Shown here: positions 25,044 to 35,812 of the stretch, piece by piece
Numbering within the stretch: the stretch's first letter is position 1
How the letters are laid out: every line of letters starts with the position of its first letter
Assembly (NCBI GenBank): GCA_043228905.1
Contig: JBHGNT010000007.1
Coordinates: forward strand, 682,001 to 746,000
Direction of reading: 5' to 3'
Length of the DNA: 64,000 bases
Source: Azolla caroliniana
Lineage: Eukaryota; Plantae; Polypodiophyta
Translations under genes and position numbers: made by a program
The notes under the pieces: generated by a model
The model's database searches: none
Told to the model about the DNA's origin: nothing
Seen by the model: only the letters and a program-made list of their open reading frames with translations

Positions 25044-26827
25044 GAGGTGAATTCATCGTAGATGTACTCCTTGCCTCCATCCGATCGTAGGCATCGAATG
25101 TGCCGAACGGTTTCCTTTTCGATTTGGCCTTTGAGCTTTTGGAAGTGGGAGAACACTTCGTTCTTCTTCTTCATTGGGAAAAACCACGTGTAGTGGGAGT
25201 AGTCGTCGATGAAGGTGACGTAATATCGGCATCCACCGATTGTCGGCATTTGAGCCGGTCCCCATACATCCGAGTGTATGACGTCGAGGAGGCCTTTGCT
25301 TGCGTAGCTCTCCTTCGGGAATGGAAGTCGATGTTGTTTGTCGAGTTGACATGCTTCACATACTTGGTCGACTCGTTTCGAGTCGAATGTTGGAAGTCCA
25401 ATGATGACTCCCTTTGATTGCATTGCTCGGAGCCGTTGGAGTGGCCGATTCTCTTGTGCCACAACTTGATGTTTGTCTCAGTTTTGAGACCTTTGGCATA
25501 CATGGCCGATTTCACCTCGTTCGAATCGAGGATGAACATGCGACCGTCTCTCTGTCCCTTGGCTATGAGTCGGCTGTCTTTCTCGATGAAACAACCTTCG
25601 TTGTTGAAGTGGACTTGCATGCCTTGCTCCACGATTTGGCCGATCGAGACCAAATGCTTTGTTATTGTGGGCACGTGCAAGACATTCTTGATGCAAGTTT
25701 GTTTGCCTTCTTTCCCGAATGGGACATTACTAATGTGCCGAATGGGACGTGTGGTGTCGTCTCCCGTGTCTATGAAGCCGGGTCGATCCGGCGTTTGTAA
25801 ATCATGAAACCACTCTTCGTGAGATGTCATGTGATGTGAGGCGCCAGAATCGACAAACCACACATCTTTCGAGTTGGAGGTGCTCATGGAGTCGGAGGCC
25901 ATCATAGAGTTTGCTCTATGCCTCATTACGAATAGACCACATTAGTCGTCGTATTCGGAGTTGTTGGTGTAGTTTGTGAGTTGTCGTCTTGTCGAAGTCG
26001 AATCACTTCTCTTTTTTCGACACTCCTCTTCGCGGTGGCTGATTTTGCCACAGTAGTTGCAAGCAATGGGACATGTTTGTTGACCTTGTTCAGCATGGAA
26101 CCTCTCCCCCTTCTTCTGAAGGTTCCTCGATGGCTTCCATCTTGTTGTCGAAGGTTTGAGTTCCCTTCGTGTGATGGGTCACACCAACCTCTTCTACTGC
26201 CTCGACCTCGTCCTCGACCACCATCTGAATTCGAGAAGAACATTTTTCCTTCTGATGTCTGGGTTTTGGTTTGGACGTAGTTCTCTTCAACCATTAGCAT
26301 TGATTGAAGGTCAAAGAATGAAGGAGGGTTTTCCCTCCCCAAGATTTCCGTCCTCAATGAGTCGAATCGTTGTGCGAGTCCGCCCAAGCATACTTGAACC
26401 ATCTCGTCTTCATCGACATTTATGTTAATGGAGCTAAGCGAGTCGCAAATGCTCTTGATTTTGGCAGTGTAGTTTGACACGATCATGTCTTTTTGCCGAA
26501 TGTTGTTCAACTCTTTCGGGCGGTCGTGTTGGCGGCGAACATCTTCTTCAAGTTCCCCCATGCATGTTTAGGTGTCTTGGCATCTTGAATGTGGCTACGC
26601 ATGTGATCGCCAACACATGTTGCCAAGCAATACATGACTCGACTCGTCGCTTGCTCCCATGTTGCGTAGTCGACATTCTTCGAGTCGGGTCGATTTTCTT
26701 GTGTGCCGTTGATGTAGCTTCAATACTCTTGGCCGATGAGGTATTGGGTCATCTTGTACTCCTATGATGAATAATTGCTACGGTCTAGTATTTCACTAGG
26801 GAGCGAGCTACCCATTTGTGTGTTCAT
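25044..26827 (-). pseudogene. Degenerate gag-protease-integrase of E
   Basis: ORFs 25926-26561 (gag), 25171-25926 (WFVDSGASHHM protease), 25025-25462 (IHSDVWG, RSDGG). Confidence 0.9.
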
Positions 26828-26997
26828 GTTGATGTAGTGTCTTCCTTTTTCGCTTTTCTTCCTTTGATCACGTACTCGTGCTACGTAGCGGCACTACGGT
26901 AGCGGATAGTTGGAATTTTTCGTCGACGTTTCGAACACACAATTACGAACAATCGGGTGGGCTTAGTAGATGTGCTAAACCACACGCTCTGATACCA

Positions 26998-27098
26998 TGT
27001 TAAGAATTAGGTGATTAATTAAGGGTTAAGTAGTACCTAATTATGTGATTAGTTGATAAGTGGAAGATTAAGTGATATGTGTGTGTATGTGTGTGAGA

Positions 27099-27139
<41 letters not shown>

Positions 27140-27456
27140 TTAACACTTATGAACACGAGACAAGATGGGGGATGATTAACTATATTAAAAAGCATCATCA
27201 AATACAAAACTACCCACAATGAGGTATATATACATCTCATGTGCAAAGGTGCACATGTGTGAGTAGAATATAGGTACTAAGGTGTATGTCCTATTTTAAA
27301 TGTATTTAGGAGTGGAGGATCGAGAATATCCCACTTAAGTACAAGGTCCTATTTACGGCGTTATAGTCAACACTTCTAACTAGATTCTATCTAGGTAATT
27401 ACGAAGTTATATGGTTGACTAACTAACTAAACTAACTTGAGCTTGATCTCTCAACA
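26998..27456 (-). repeat. 5' LTR of E, with (AG)n at about 27103-27135
   Basis: TGTTAAG...CTCAACA next to the PBS complement. Confidence 0.87.
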
Positions 27457-28799
27457 TGTACAAACAATTGTAAATAACGTAGTATTAATAAGTACTACAC
27501 AAGACATCTTTATTAGTACTTATTGGGCCCTCCAAGAGAAGGGAAGAATAAAAGGACATGATGGGAGGGATTTAATTATTACATGGGGAATCTCTTGTTG
27601 GAATCTAGATGGTCAGTGCGAAAACATGAACAACACCCTCTTATTGTAGAGAATAGCGCGGAATGCTTCTCGGCCACAACCAAGTCTTAGATCACTTCGA
27701 TACTAATTAAACACAAGAAATAGGGAGGTAGAGATGAACACTAAACAACAAAGAGAGTACACAAGATGTTTACGTGGAAAACCCTAATAGGGAAAAACCA
27801 CGGGAGCCCAGAGACTCCAAACTATCACACTATATGAGAGGAATACAAAGTGGATACACAGAGGCAACGACCTCGTGCACTCGATCTTCGCCAGGCAACG
27901 GTTACAACTGAAACGCTCATAGTAGCTTTTCGGTCTCTCTCTCTTTTTAGATATATTTAATCGTTTAACAAAAATAGAGATGGATATGAAAAAATGGGTG
28001 AAAGACGCCGAAACCCACAAGAAAAAAGATAGAGAGGAAAAAGACGCCCTCAAGGCCGAAATAGAATAACTTAAAGTGGAAAACACCGACCTTAAAAAAC
28101 AACTTAAGGACATCGAGGTATCTCGAGAAGACGGTGAAATATCCTCTATAGAGGATATAAAGGACGAAATTAAAAAAGTTAAAGAGGAAGTTAATAATAA
28201 CATAGAGTTAGCTAAAACGGGTTGGGTAGATGTGGTTAAAAGAAACATTAAAAAAGAAATAAAAGATGAAAATATTGTTAATACCACCCTTGAAGAAGAG
28301 AAAATGCGTCAGGCCCGACGCTTAAATGTACGTGTCACTGGGCTCAAGGAAGGTGCATCCCGAAATGAGGATGCACAAACACTAGGGAAAATGTTAGGGT
28401 ACACAGAGGCCCTACCTATCACCAAAGCATGGAGGGCCGGGCGATGTCGTGAAGATTTTCGGCAATAGTGTGAAAATCCCATAAAACGTACAAAATTGAG
28501 TATGAATCACATAATACAATAATTGTGAAGATAACATTTTAAATAAATTTAATATCTAGGTTTCGAATGCACTTTATTACACGAGAAACAGACAACTAAA
28601 TGTCAAGATATGAGGGTATAAAGTTTGTGAAAGGAAAAGAGAAAATTGTGAGATATCCCACATAGGCACGACAATACGGCTCTCATCATATATAAGGTAG
28701 AGCAAAAGATATTATCTTTGTGTTTATGTGTAGAGCATAGAGAGTTGGGCTGCAGTGGAGGTGGGCTGGCTACTCGTAAAGGGTTTTGGCCAACCAAAA

Positions 28800-29180
28800 C
28801 CGGACCGGCGATAGAGCCGGTGATCCGGCGGCATCCGGCGCCAGTGAGACACCGGCATCCGACGGCAATCCGGCGGCAATCTGGCGACGACAAGGTGACG
28901 GTATCCGACGGTATCCGGCGGCATCTGGTGACGGCATCCGGCGAGGCACCGGTAACCGACGGCATCCGGCGGCAATCCGGCGACGGCAAGGTGACGGTAT
29001 CCGACGGTATCCGGCGCCGGTGAGACGACGACATCCGGCGAGGCACCGGTAATCGACGGCATCTGGCGGCAATCCGGCGACGGCAAGGTGACGGTATCCG
29101 GCGGCAACTAGCGACGACGAGGTGACGGCATCCGGCGCGGCACTGGTAACCGACGGCATCCAGCGAACCGGCGTCTGGTG
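28800..29180 (+). repeat. GC-rich imperfect tandem repeat inside P
   Basis: Recurring GACGGCATCCGGCGGCAATCCGGCGACGGCAAGGTGACGGTATCCG units, about 3 copies plus partials. Confidence 0.85.
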
Positions 29181-29232
29181 ACTAGATAAATAAATATATA
29201 AATATATATACATATATGTAACATATACAAGG

Positions 29233-29303
29233 AGGGCAAGTAAGGATTCAAACCTTGCACCTCCAAGTTAGGAGTCAATTGGCTTACCATTAAGCCATGC
29301 CAT
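29233..29303 (-). other. tRNA-derived sequence (Arg-CCT-like; SINE head or Pol III A/B-box module)
   Basis: Minus strand reads TGGCTTAATGGTAAGC (A box, D arm), CTCCTAA (anticodon loop), AGGTGCAAGGTTTGAATCCTT (B box, T arm), then an AT-rich tail. The anticodon and acceptor stems pair poorly, so it is not a functional tRNA. Confidence 0.6.
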
Positions 29304-29770
29304 TTAGTTGAATTTATATTTCTATCATTGTACTTTTACATGTAAATTCTCATACATGAGAGCTAAAATGAGTGACATGGTTATCATGTACCACATGTAA
29401 TACATAAGTGCCAAATGGCAAACATGCATTTTATGCATGTCTTGTACCCTCACATGCATCATATACATGAGAGCATCTATTGTCATAACTAGACTCGAAC
29501 CCATAACCTTTTGTTACACGGGTCGAGACTTTACCATTAGGGTATGAATTGTAATTTGAAGGATATTATTTTCATTTAGGTTTTATTGGGAAATTGATGT
29601 ATATTCCAGATTTCTCTGGAACATTCTAGAAACTTCAGGAGTATTCCTGAAGACACTATAAAAGGAGGCGCAAGGCATTAGTTCGAACCAAATCGGTTCA
29701 ACGCCAGTCTTAAGCCTTCTAACTACTGTTGTATATCTTCCGTCATATAATACATATATCTTTCGCATCA

Positions 29771-29834
<64 letters not shown>

Positions 29835-30051
29835 ATTCCTTCTCTCAAAGTTCGACACCTCTCATAGTACTAATCCTTTTCTGTCTTAGTACTATTCCCC
29901 AACAATAGTACTAATCCTTCTTTTAGTACTAATTCCTTCTCTGCCTTAATAGAGTTCCTGACAGTTTGAACCGATTTGGTCTACTAGTCTCCCTCTTCCT
30001 TCTGTCTCCCTCCTTTCCTACTAGTCTCTTATTTCCCTTTTCCTTCATCCC

Positions 30052-31221
30052 ATGGCCACCGTTAGCGCTGAAGAGTATCAATCCGTTTTCTCGGAATTTC
30101 AATGCTTGAAAGAGAAGTTTCATGCTTTGGAACAAGAAAATCAACGCTTGTTGGGGGATCTTCAGCAAATTTCCTTAGAAAAGCAGCAAACGCAACAACA
30201 GCATGGGGAACTTGCGTTACGCGTGCAACAACTCGAAGCAACCATCGTAGCAATGCAACAACAAGGGCATGGAGCACAAGGGATTCATAAAGAACCTAAG
30301 ATTGGCCTTCCCACGAAGTTCGATGGAACGCGATCGCAGTTTAGAGGGTTCCTTAACCAGGTACGGTTAGTTATTCAAATGCATCCGTCCCGATATCCCA
30401 CCGATGCATCACGAGTGGGTTTAGTAGGCACGTTGTTAAATGGCTCAGCATTAGCATGGTTCGCTCCGCTACTGGAAAAGGAATCTCCAGTACTAAATAA
30501 TTTTGAAGAATTCATAAGTGAGTTTAAAGCATGTTTTGGAGATACTGACAGCATAAGGACTGCAATCAACAAAATCCGGCGATTACGCCAAGGTGACCGT
30601 CCAGCCTCCGCATATGCTGCAGATTTCCGCCTACTCGCCGCCGATATCCCCTGGGATGATCAAGCATTGATGGAGCAGTTCCGCTATGGTCTACGCAACG
30701 ATGTCAAGGATTTACTCTTGACTTTCCCTGAAGAGCCAAAATCATTAACAGAAGCAATCAGTCGAGCGGTCAGATGTGACAACCGCCTCTTCGAGCGACG
30801 TTCGGAACGACAATTTCAGATGCCGAGGGCAAGATCCGAGCCTACCTATGCCTCAGTGGTAGCGAAACCTTTTCAAAGGGAGTCACATAATGCGCCTCCA
30901 GTAAGTACTCCAACTCCAATGGAAATTGACACTACACGTCGTCGTGGGCCGCTATCGGAGGAGGAAAAGCAACGACGCCGAACAAACCGATTATGCCTTT
31001 ATTGCGGTGGACCAGGGCATATCGCGATAAACTGTCCCCATAGACCAAGAAGGCAGGTAAACCAAGTCATTGTTAGTTCTGACTATACTAAACCCGAGTC
31101 TATTTCAGTAGGAATCTCTGATAATCCTCATAGTCATAATAGTCCTAATAGTACTAATAGTCTGAATCTCGCAAACAAATTTGATGTCCTTAGCCAATTA
31201 GAAGAAGAGTTAAACGACTAA
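30052..31221 (+). CDS. Gag of G (PEG10/Ty3-like capsid, CCHC knuckle)
   Basis: Intact 389-aa ORF: PTKFDG, LRQG, PMEID, CLYCGGPGHIAINC. Confidence 0.93.
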   Translation: MATVSAEEYQSVFSEFQCLKEKFHALEQENQRLLGDLQQISLEKQQTQQQHGELALRVQQLEATIVAMQQQGHGAQGIHKEPKIGLPTKFDGTRSQFRGFLNQVRLVIQMHPSRYPTDASRVGLVGTLLNGSALAWFAPLLEKESPVLNNFEEFISEFKACFGDTDSIRTAINKIRRLRQGDRPASAYAADFRLLAADIPWDDQALMEQFRYGLRNDVKDLLLTFPEEPKSLTEAISRAVRCDNRLFERRSERQFQMPRARSEPTYASVVAKPFQRESHNAPPVSTPTPMEIDTTRRRGPLSEEEKQRRRTNRLCLYCGGPGHIAINCPHRPRRQVNQVIVSSDYTKPESISVGISDNPHSHNSPNSTNSLNLANKFDVLSQLEEELND

Positions 31222-34200
31222 GTCCAGCCAAAATAGGAGCCGTTTGGTTGGACAGCCCTAGATCTGTGCAGCCCATTAGTGGTTCCATTCCCTCTAAGCA
31301 AGTTAGTGATGTGTTCGTAGCCCAAGTAGCAGTTAGTACTAAAAGTACCCCTCCAGTACATACCTTAGCCCTTCTAGATTCCGGAGCTAATTCTTGCTTC
31401 ATGGATAGGAATTTTGCCCGAGCTCATCAGATATCTCTCAGAAAGCTCCCATGTCCAGCCTCAGTAGTAGTCATTGATGGTCGTCCCATTGCTTCTGGTA
31501 ATATCATAGAAGAGTCGGAACCCGTTAATATTGTCCTAGATAACTTAACATGTGTAGTATCATTTAATATTATTAGTATTCCAGAACATCCCATAGTTTT
31601 AGGATTACCATGGTTCGAGTTACATGACCCAGACATAGATTGGAGGACAAGGGAAATCCGGTTGCGACAAACCCAAGGATCTACCCAGAAGGTTGCAACC
31701 ATTTCGCTACGTCAGTTGCGTGAGGAAGGGCGCAAGGAGGAAATGTTTCTCTTTGCAATATCAGTACAACCCTCCAGCACCACCAAAGAGGAGTCCACCG
31801 TTCAACTTCCCGAGAAGTATCGTCAGTATGCTGATGTGTTCGATAAAGTACAAGCCAACACACTTCCTCATCATCGGCCGTACGACTGCGCCATCGACTT
31901 ACAACCGGGAAAAGAGCCGCCATGGGGGCCGATCTACAATTTGTCACCAACCGAGCTAGAAGTCCTTCGAGCCTATATAGAGGAGAATTTGGAGAACGGT
32001 TTCATTCGGCATTCGAAATCTCCAGCCGGCGCACCCATTTTCTTCGTCAAGAAAAAAGATGGCTCGCTTCGACTCGTTGTAGATTACCGTGGCTTGAATA
32101 AGGTCACAGTAAGAAATAGGTATGCTCTTCCCCTTATCTCAAGTCTTTTAGAACGGATCAACGGTGCCAGGTTCTTCACGAAGATAGACTTACGAGGAGC
32201 CTATAACCTCGTACGGATCCGACCAGGAGATGAATGGAAGACCGCGTTTCGCACCAGATATGGGCACTTCGAGTATACGGTCATGCCGTTCGGACTCACT
32301 AATGCGCCGGCAGTCTTCCAGCACATGGCGAATGATATATTTCGAGATCTCTTGGATGATTTTTTGATCATCTATTTGGATGATCTACTGGTTTATTCAA
32401 AGACCCAAGAAGAACATGATTCTCATGTACTATTAATACTAAAACGACTTCGAGAACATGGTCTGTATGCAAAGTTAGAGAAATGTAGTTTCGGGTGCAA
32501 CCAAGTGGAGTTTCTCGGCTATGTCATCTCCTCAGAAGGCATATCTATGGACCCAGCCAAGGTCAAAACGGTGATAGAATGGCACACTCCGCGTTCGGTG
32601 CGGGATGTGCAATGCTTCCTAGGCTTTGCAAATTTCTACCGGAAGTTCATACAAAATTACTCAAAAATTGTGCTGCCTCTCACACAGCTCACCAGGAAGG
32701 GACAATCATTCATTTGGTCTAAAGAGACGGACATGGCTTTCGAGAGTCTTAAGAAGGCGTTTACATCAGCTCCAATTTTAGGTCATGTGGATCCGGAAAA
32801 ACCATTCATTATCGAAGCTGATGCATCGGATTTCGCATTGGGGAGCATTCTGTCACAACAGGGTAACGACGAGAAGCTACATCCTGTGGCTTTCCACTCC
32901 CGTAAGTTTGACGCCGCCGAAATCAACTACGAAATTCATGATAAAGAGCTATTAGCAATAGTTGATTCTTTTATGCAATGGAGGCATTTCCTGGAGGGAT
33001 CTCCTCATCAGGTCACTGTATTCAGTGACCACAAGAACCTTGCCTACTTTCAAGATGCTCGTGTACTGAATCGACGTCAAGCTCGGTGGGCCCACTTCCT
33101 CACACGCTTCGACTTCAAAATTACATATCGTCCGGGGAAGCACCAAGGGAAGGCAGATGCATTATCACGGCGTTCGTATCTAACACCACGTCCCGGTGAG
33201 CCAGCTTTCGATAACCAGAAGCAAGTAATCTTGGGTCCAGCACGACTGCAAGCAGCACAGGTCTTTGACATGCCCGTGGATTCCGACATTACCAATACTA
33301 TACATGAGGACTTGAAGACTGACGCTTTCGCCCAAGCTATACTAGCACAAATTGACCCCTCTCGAGCGTCATGTTCACAATCACAATCACCAGGTACGGA
33401 TTATCGGCAATTCAAATACTGTGATGGATTACTCTTCTTTAAAGAACTTTTGTATGTTCCTAATGGTTCTTGCCGCCTTCGAGTAGTACAAAACTGCCAT
33501 GACACATATACAGCAGGACATTTTGGTAGTACTAAAACATTAGATTTAGTACAACGATCATTCTGGTGGCCCCGTATGCGACAATTTGTCGAAGATTTTG
33601 TTCGGACTTGCGATACATGCTGCAGAGCGAAAATGCCAAGACATCATCCATATGGTTTATTAGAACCATTACCAATTCCGAGCAAGCCATGGCAATCCAT
33701 TGCTCTTGACTTCATTACAGATCTTCCAGTCTCTAAGGGATTCAGTGCGATTCTCACAGTGGTGGATCGATATACGAAGATGGCTCATTTCTTACCATGT
33801 ACTAAAGAAATATCTAGTGAAGACACCGCCGAAATTGTCATGCGGGAAGTATGTCGGCATCATGGACTCCCTGATAATATCATCAGCGATCGTGGACCCC
33901 AGTTTGTGTCAAAATTCTGGAAGCACCTTTTTAAAATGCTGAAGGTCACTTGTAACCTCTCCTCCGGCTACCACCCACAAACCGACGGTCAAGCCGAACG
34001 AACAAATCAAACACTGGAGCAGTATCTGCGGTGCTTTCTCAACTATCATCAGAATGACTGGGCAGATATTCTTTAGTTCGCCGAATTTGCCTATAATAAC
34101 GCTATCCACGCATCGACTAAAGTCACGCCATTCTACGCTTATACGGGATATCATCCCCGGTGGTGTGTCCTTGAAACCCCAGAAGTGTCCACAAATCCTT

Positions 34201-34805
34201 GCGCGAAGGATCGTTTGGAGCGGTTACGCAAGATACAAGCGGATTTATCTATTCAACTCCAGCAAGCTCAACAATCACACAAGGACTACGCAGATCGTCA
34301 TCGACTTCCATCCAGTTTTAACATTGGAGATCGGGTGTGGCTGCTACGACGACACATCAAGACTACTCGCCCATGTGAGAAGTTGGATTATCGGCGATTA
34401 GGTCCTTTCCGTATTATCGAGAAGATTAATGATGTCGCTTTTCGTCTCGAGCTACCTCCGCAACTTCGGATACACCCGGTGTTTCATAGTTCTCTCCTCG
34501 AACCCTATCACGAGAGCACTATCCCAGGACGTACTATACAACCTCCACCTCCTATCGAGCTCGAAGATGGACCTGAGTATGAGGTCGCTGCCATCCTCGA
34601 TTCCAAGATTGTTCGCAACAAGCTCTACTATCTAGTCGATTGGCTAGGATATAGTCCCAGCGAGCGTACTTGGGAACCGATCGAGAATGTGACCAATGCT
34701 CGTGCTCTTCTAGAAGACTTCCATCGACGATATCCCGAGAAACCGGGTCCTCAATCCAAAACGACTCGTGAAACTCGTCGTTTTAAAGGGGGGATAGTGT
34801 CATAA
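31209..34805 (+). pseudogene. Pol of G (protease, RT, RNase H, integrase, chromodomain) in the -1 frame, with one premature TAG at 34074-34076
   Basis: LLDSGA, YLDD, DAS, GHFG..CDTC, SDRG, GPF, YEVAAILD..YLVDWLGY..TWEP; ORFs 31248-34076 and 34185-34805 share a frame. Confidence 0.94.
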
Positions 34806-35087
34806 CTAGACTCGAACCCATAACCTTTTGTTACACGGGTCGAGACTTTACCATTAGGGTATGAATTGTAATTTGAAGGATATTATTTTCATTTAGGTTT
34901 TATTGGGAAATTGATGTATATTCCAGATTTCTCTGGAACATTCTAGAAACTTCAGGAGTATTCCTGAAGACACTATAAAAGGAGGCGCAAGGCATTAGTT
35001 CGAACCAAATCGGTTCAACGCCAGTCTTAAGCCTTCTAACTACTGTTGTATATCTTCCGTCATATAATACATATATCTTTCGCATCA

Positions 35088-35131
<44 letters not shown>

Positions 35132-35812
35132 ATTCCTTCTCTCAAAGTTCGACACCTCTCATAGTACTAATCCTTTTCTGTCTTAGTACTATTCCCCAAC
35201 AATAGTACTAATCCTTCTTTTAGTACTAATTCCTTCTCTGCCTTAATAGAGTTCCTGACATCTATAAAAGAAGGAAGGGGGAGGAGAAAAAGTTTTTTTT
35301 TTTTTTTGTTATGAAATTAAGAAGAAAAAATTGGTTATCAAATTGATCGTGTAACTTGTTTCTTAAATCCAAAGATAAAAGTTCAATCAATCTCTCTCAA
35401 TTGTTTAATCTCAACTTCTCTCTTTCCCAATCTATCTTAAGTACTTTCTCGCCAAAGCTTGCGCCAAAGCTTGTATCGACTTTGAATCCTTCCGGTCTAG
35501 AACCCCGACGGTTCCGCCTCACGATCCGCGTGTAGTGACGGATCTTCACGACAACTTGACACAACTAGGAAGAGAGCCTTACTCCTTCAATTTAAAGACT
35601 TAGACTCTAGAATCACTTTCTTTAAGAAGAGACCAATCCTTCGAGGAATGGGTGGGGACCCCATCTATCTCGATGAAGACCTCACTAAGATGCAAATTGA
35701 GCATCATAAGAGTTGTATGCCACGAGTTATGCAAGCTCGTAAAGAAGGCCATCGCGCCTTTTACCGAGACGGGCGAGTGATCATAAATGATCGCACTACT
35801 AATTGACGGCGT

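Larger units (their letters stand above)
12487..27456 (-). mobile_element. Ty1/Copia element E (Bryco-like), host of D and C; own sequence at 12487-12607 and 25044-27456
   Basis: Removing D restores the integrase reading GKEYIYDEFTS|YLQSEGLRREFSYRHTPQQNG. Gag ATG at about 26827; iMet PBS 26986-26997; 5' LTR 26998-27456. Confidence 0.9.
29481..35260 (+). mobile_element. Young full-length Ty3/Gypsy chromovirus G (Tf1/sushi/Tcn1 type)
   Basis: LTRs 29481-29963 and 34798-35260, apparently identical except for (CT)n length; TSD TCTAT; PPT AAAGGGGGGATAG; no tRNA-type PBS. Confidence 0.96.
28445..35553 (+). mobile_element. Solo-LTR-like insertion P (about 1.3 kb of own sequence), split by G
   Basis: Termini TGTCGTGAAGAT / ATCTTCACGACA; TCTATAAAAG is restored on removing G; no coding sequence; no TSD seen. 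Confidence 0.7.
27970..35806 (+). pseudogene. LINE ORF1 (coiled coil plus RRM-like region), split at 28445-35557
   Basis: RRLNVRVTGLKE..AWRAGR joins DTTRKRALLLQFKDLDSR..PIYLDEDLTK..IINDRTTN-stop after removing the insert. Confidence 0.8.

Noticed and set aside
27457-27595. Host gene or regulatory remnant in the ground sequence
   Set aside because: Short AT-rich stretch with no recognisable feature; may itself be an old repeat.
28800-29180. CRISPR array or repeat-protein gene
   Set aside because: No unique spacers or cas genes; ORFs in all frames are an artefact of GC-rich repeats.
29233-29303. Functional tRNA gene
   Set aside because: Anticodon and acceptor stems pair poorly and no T-run terminator follows immediately.
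29865-29935. Four TAGTACTA palindromes in the G U5 as a special signal
   Set aside because: Explained adequately by local duplication and the AGTA-rich composition seen throughout G.
28445-35553. DNA transposon with terminal inverted repeats
   Set aside because: The short TG..CA repeats match LTR termini seen on K and N, there is an internal TATA box and no transposase; an LTR is the simpler reading, though not proven.
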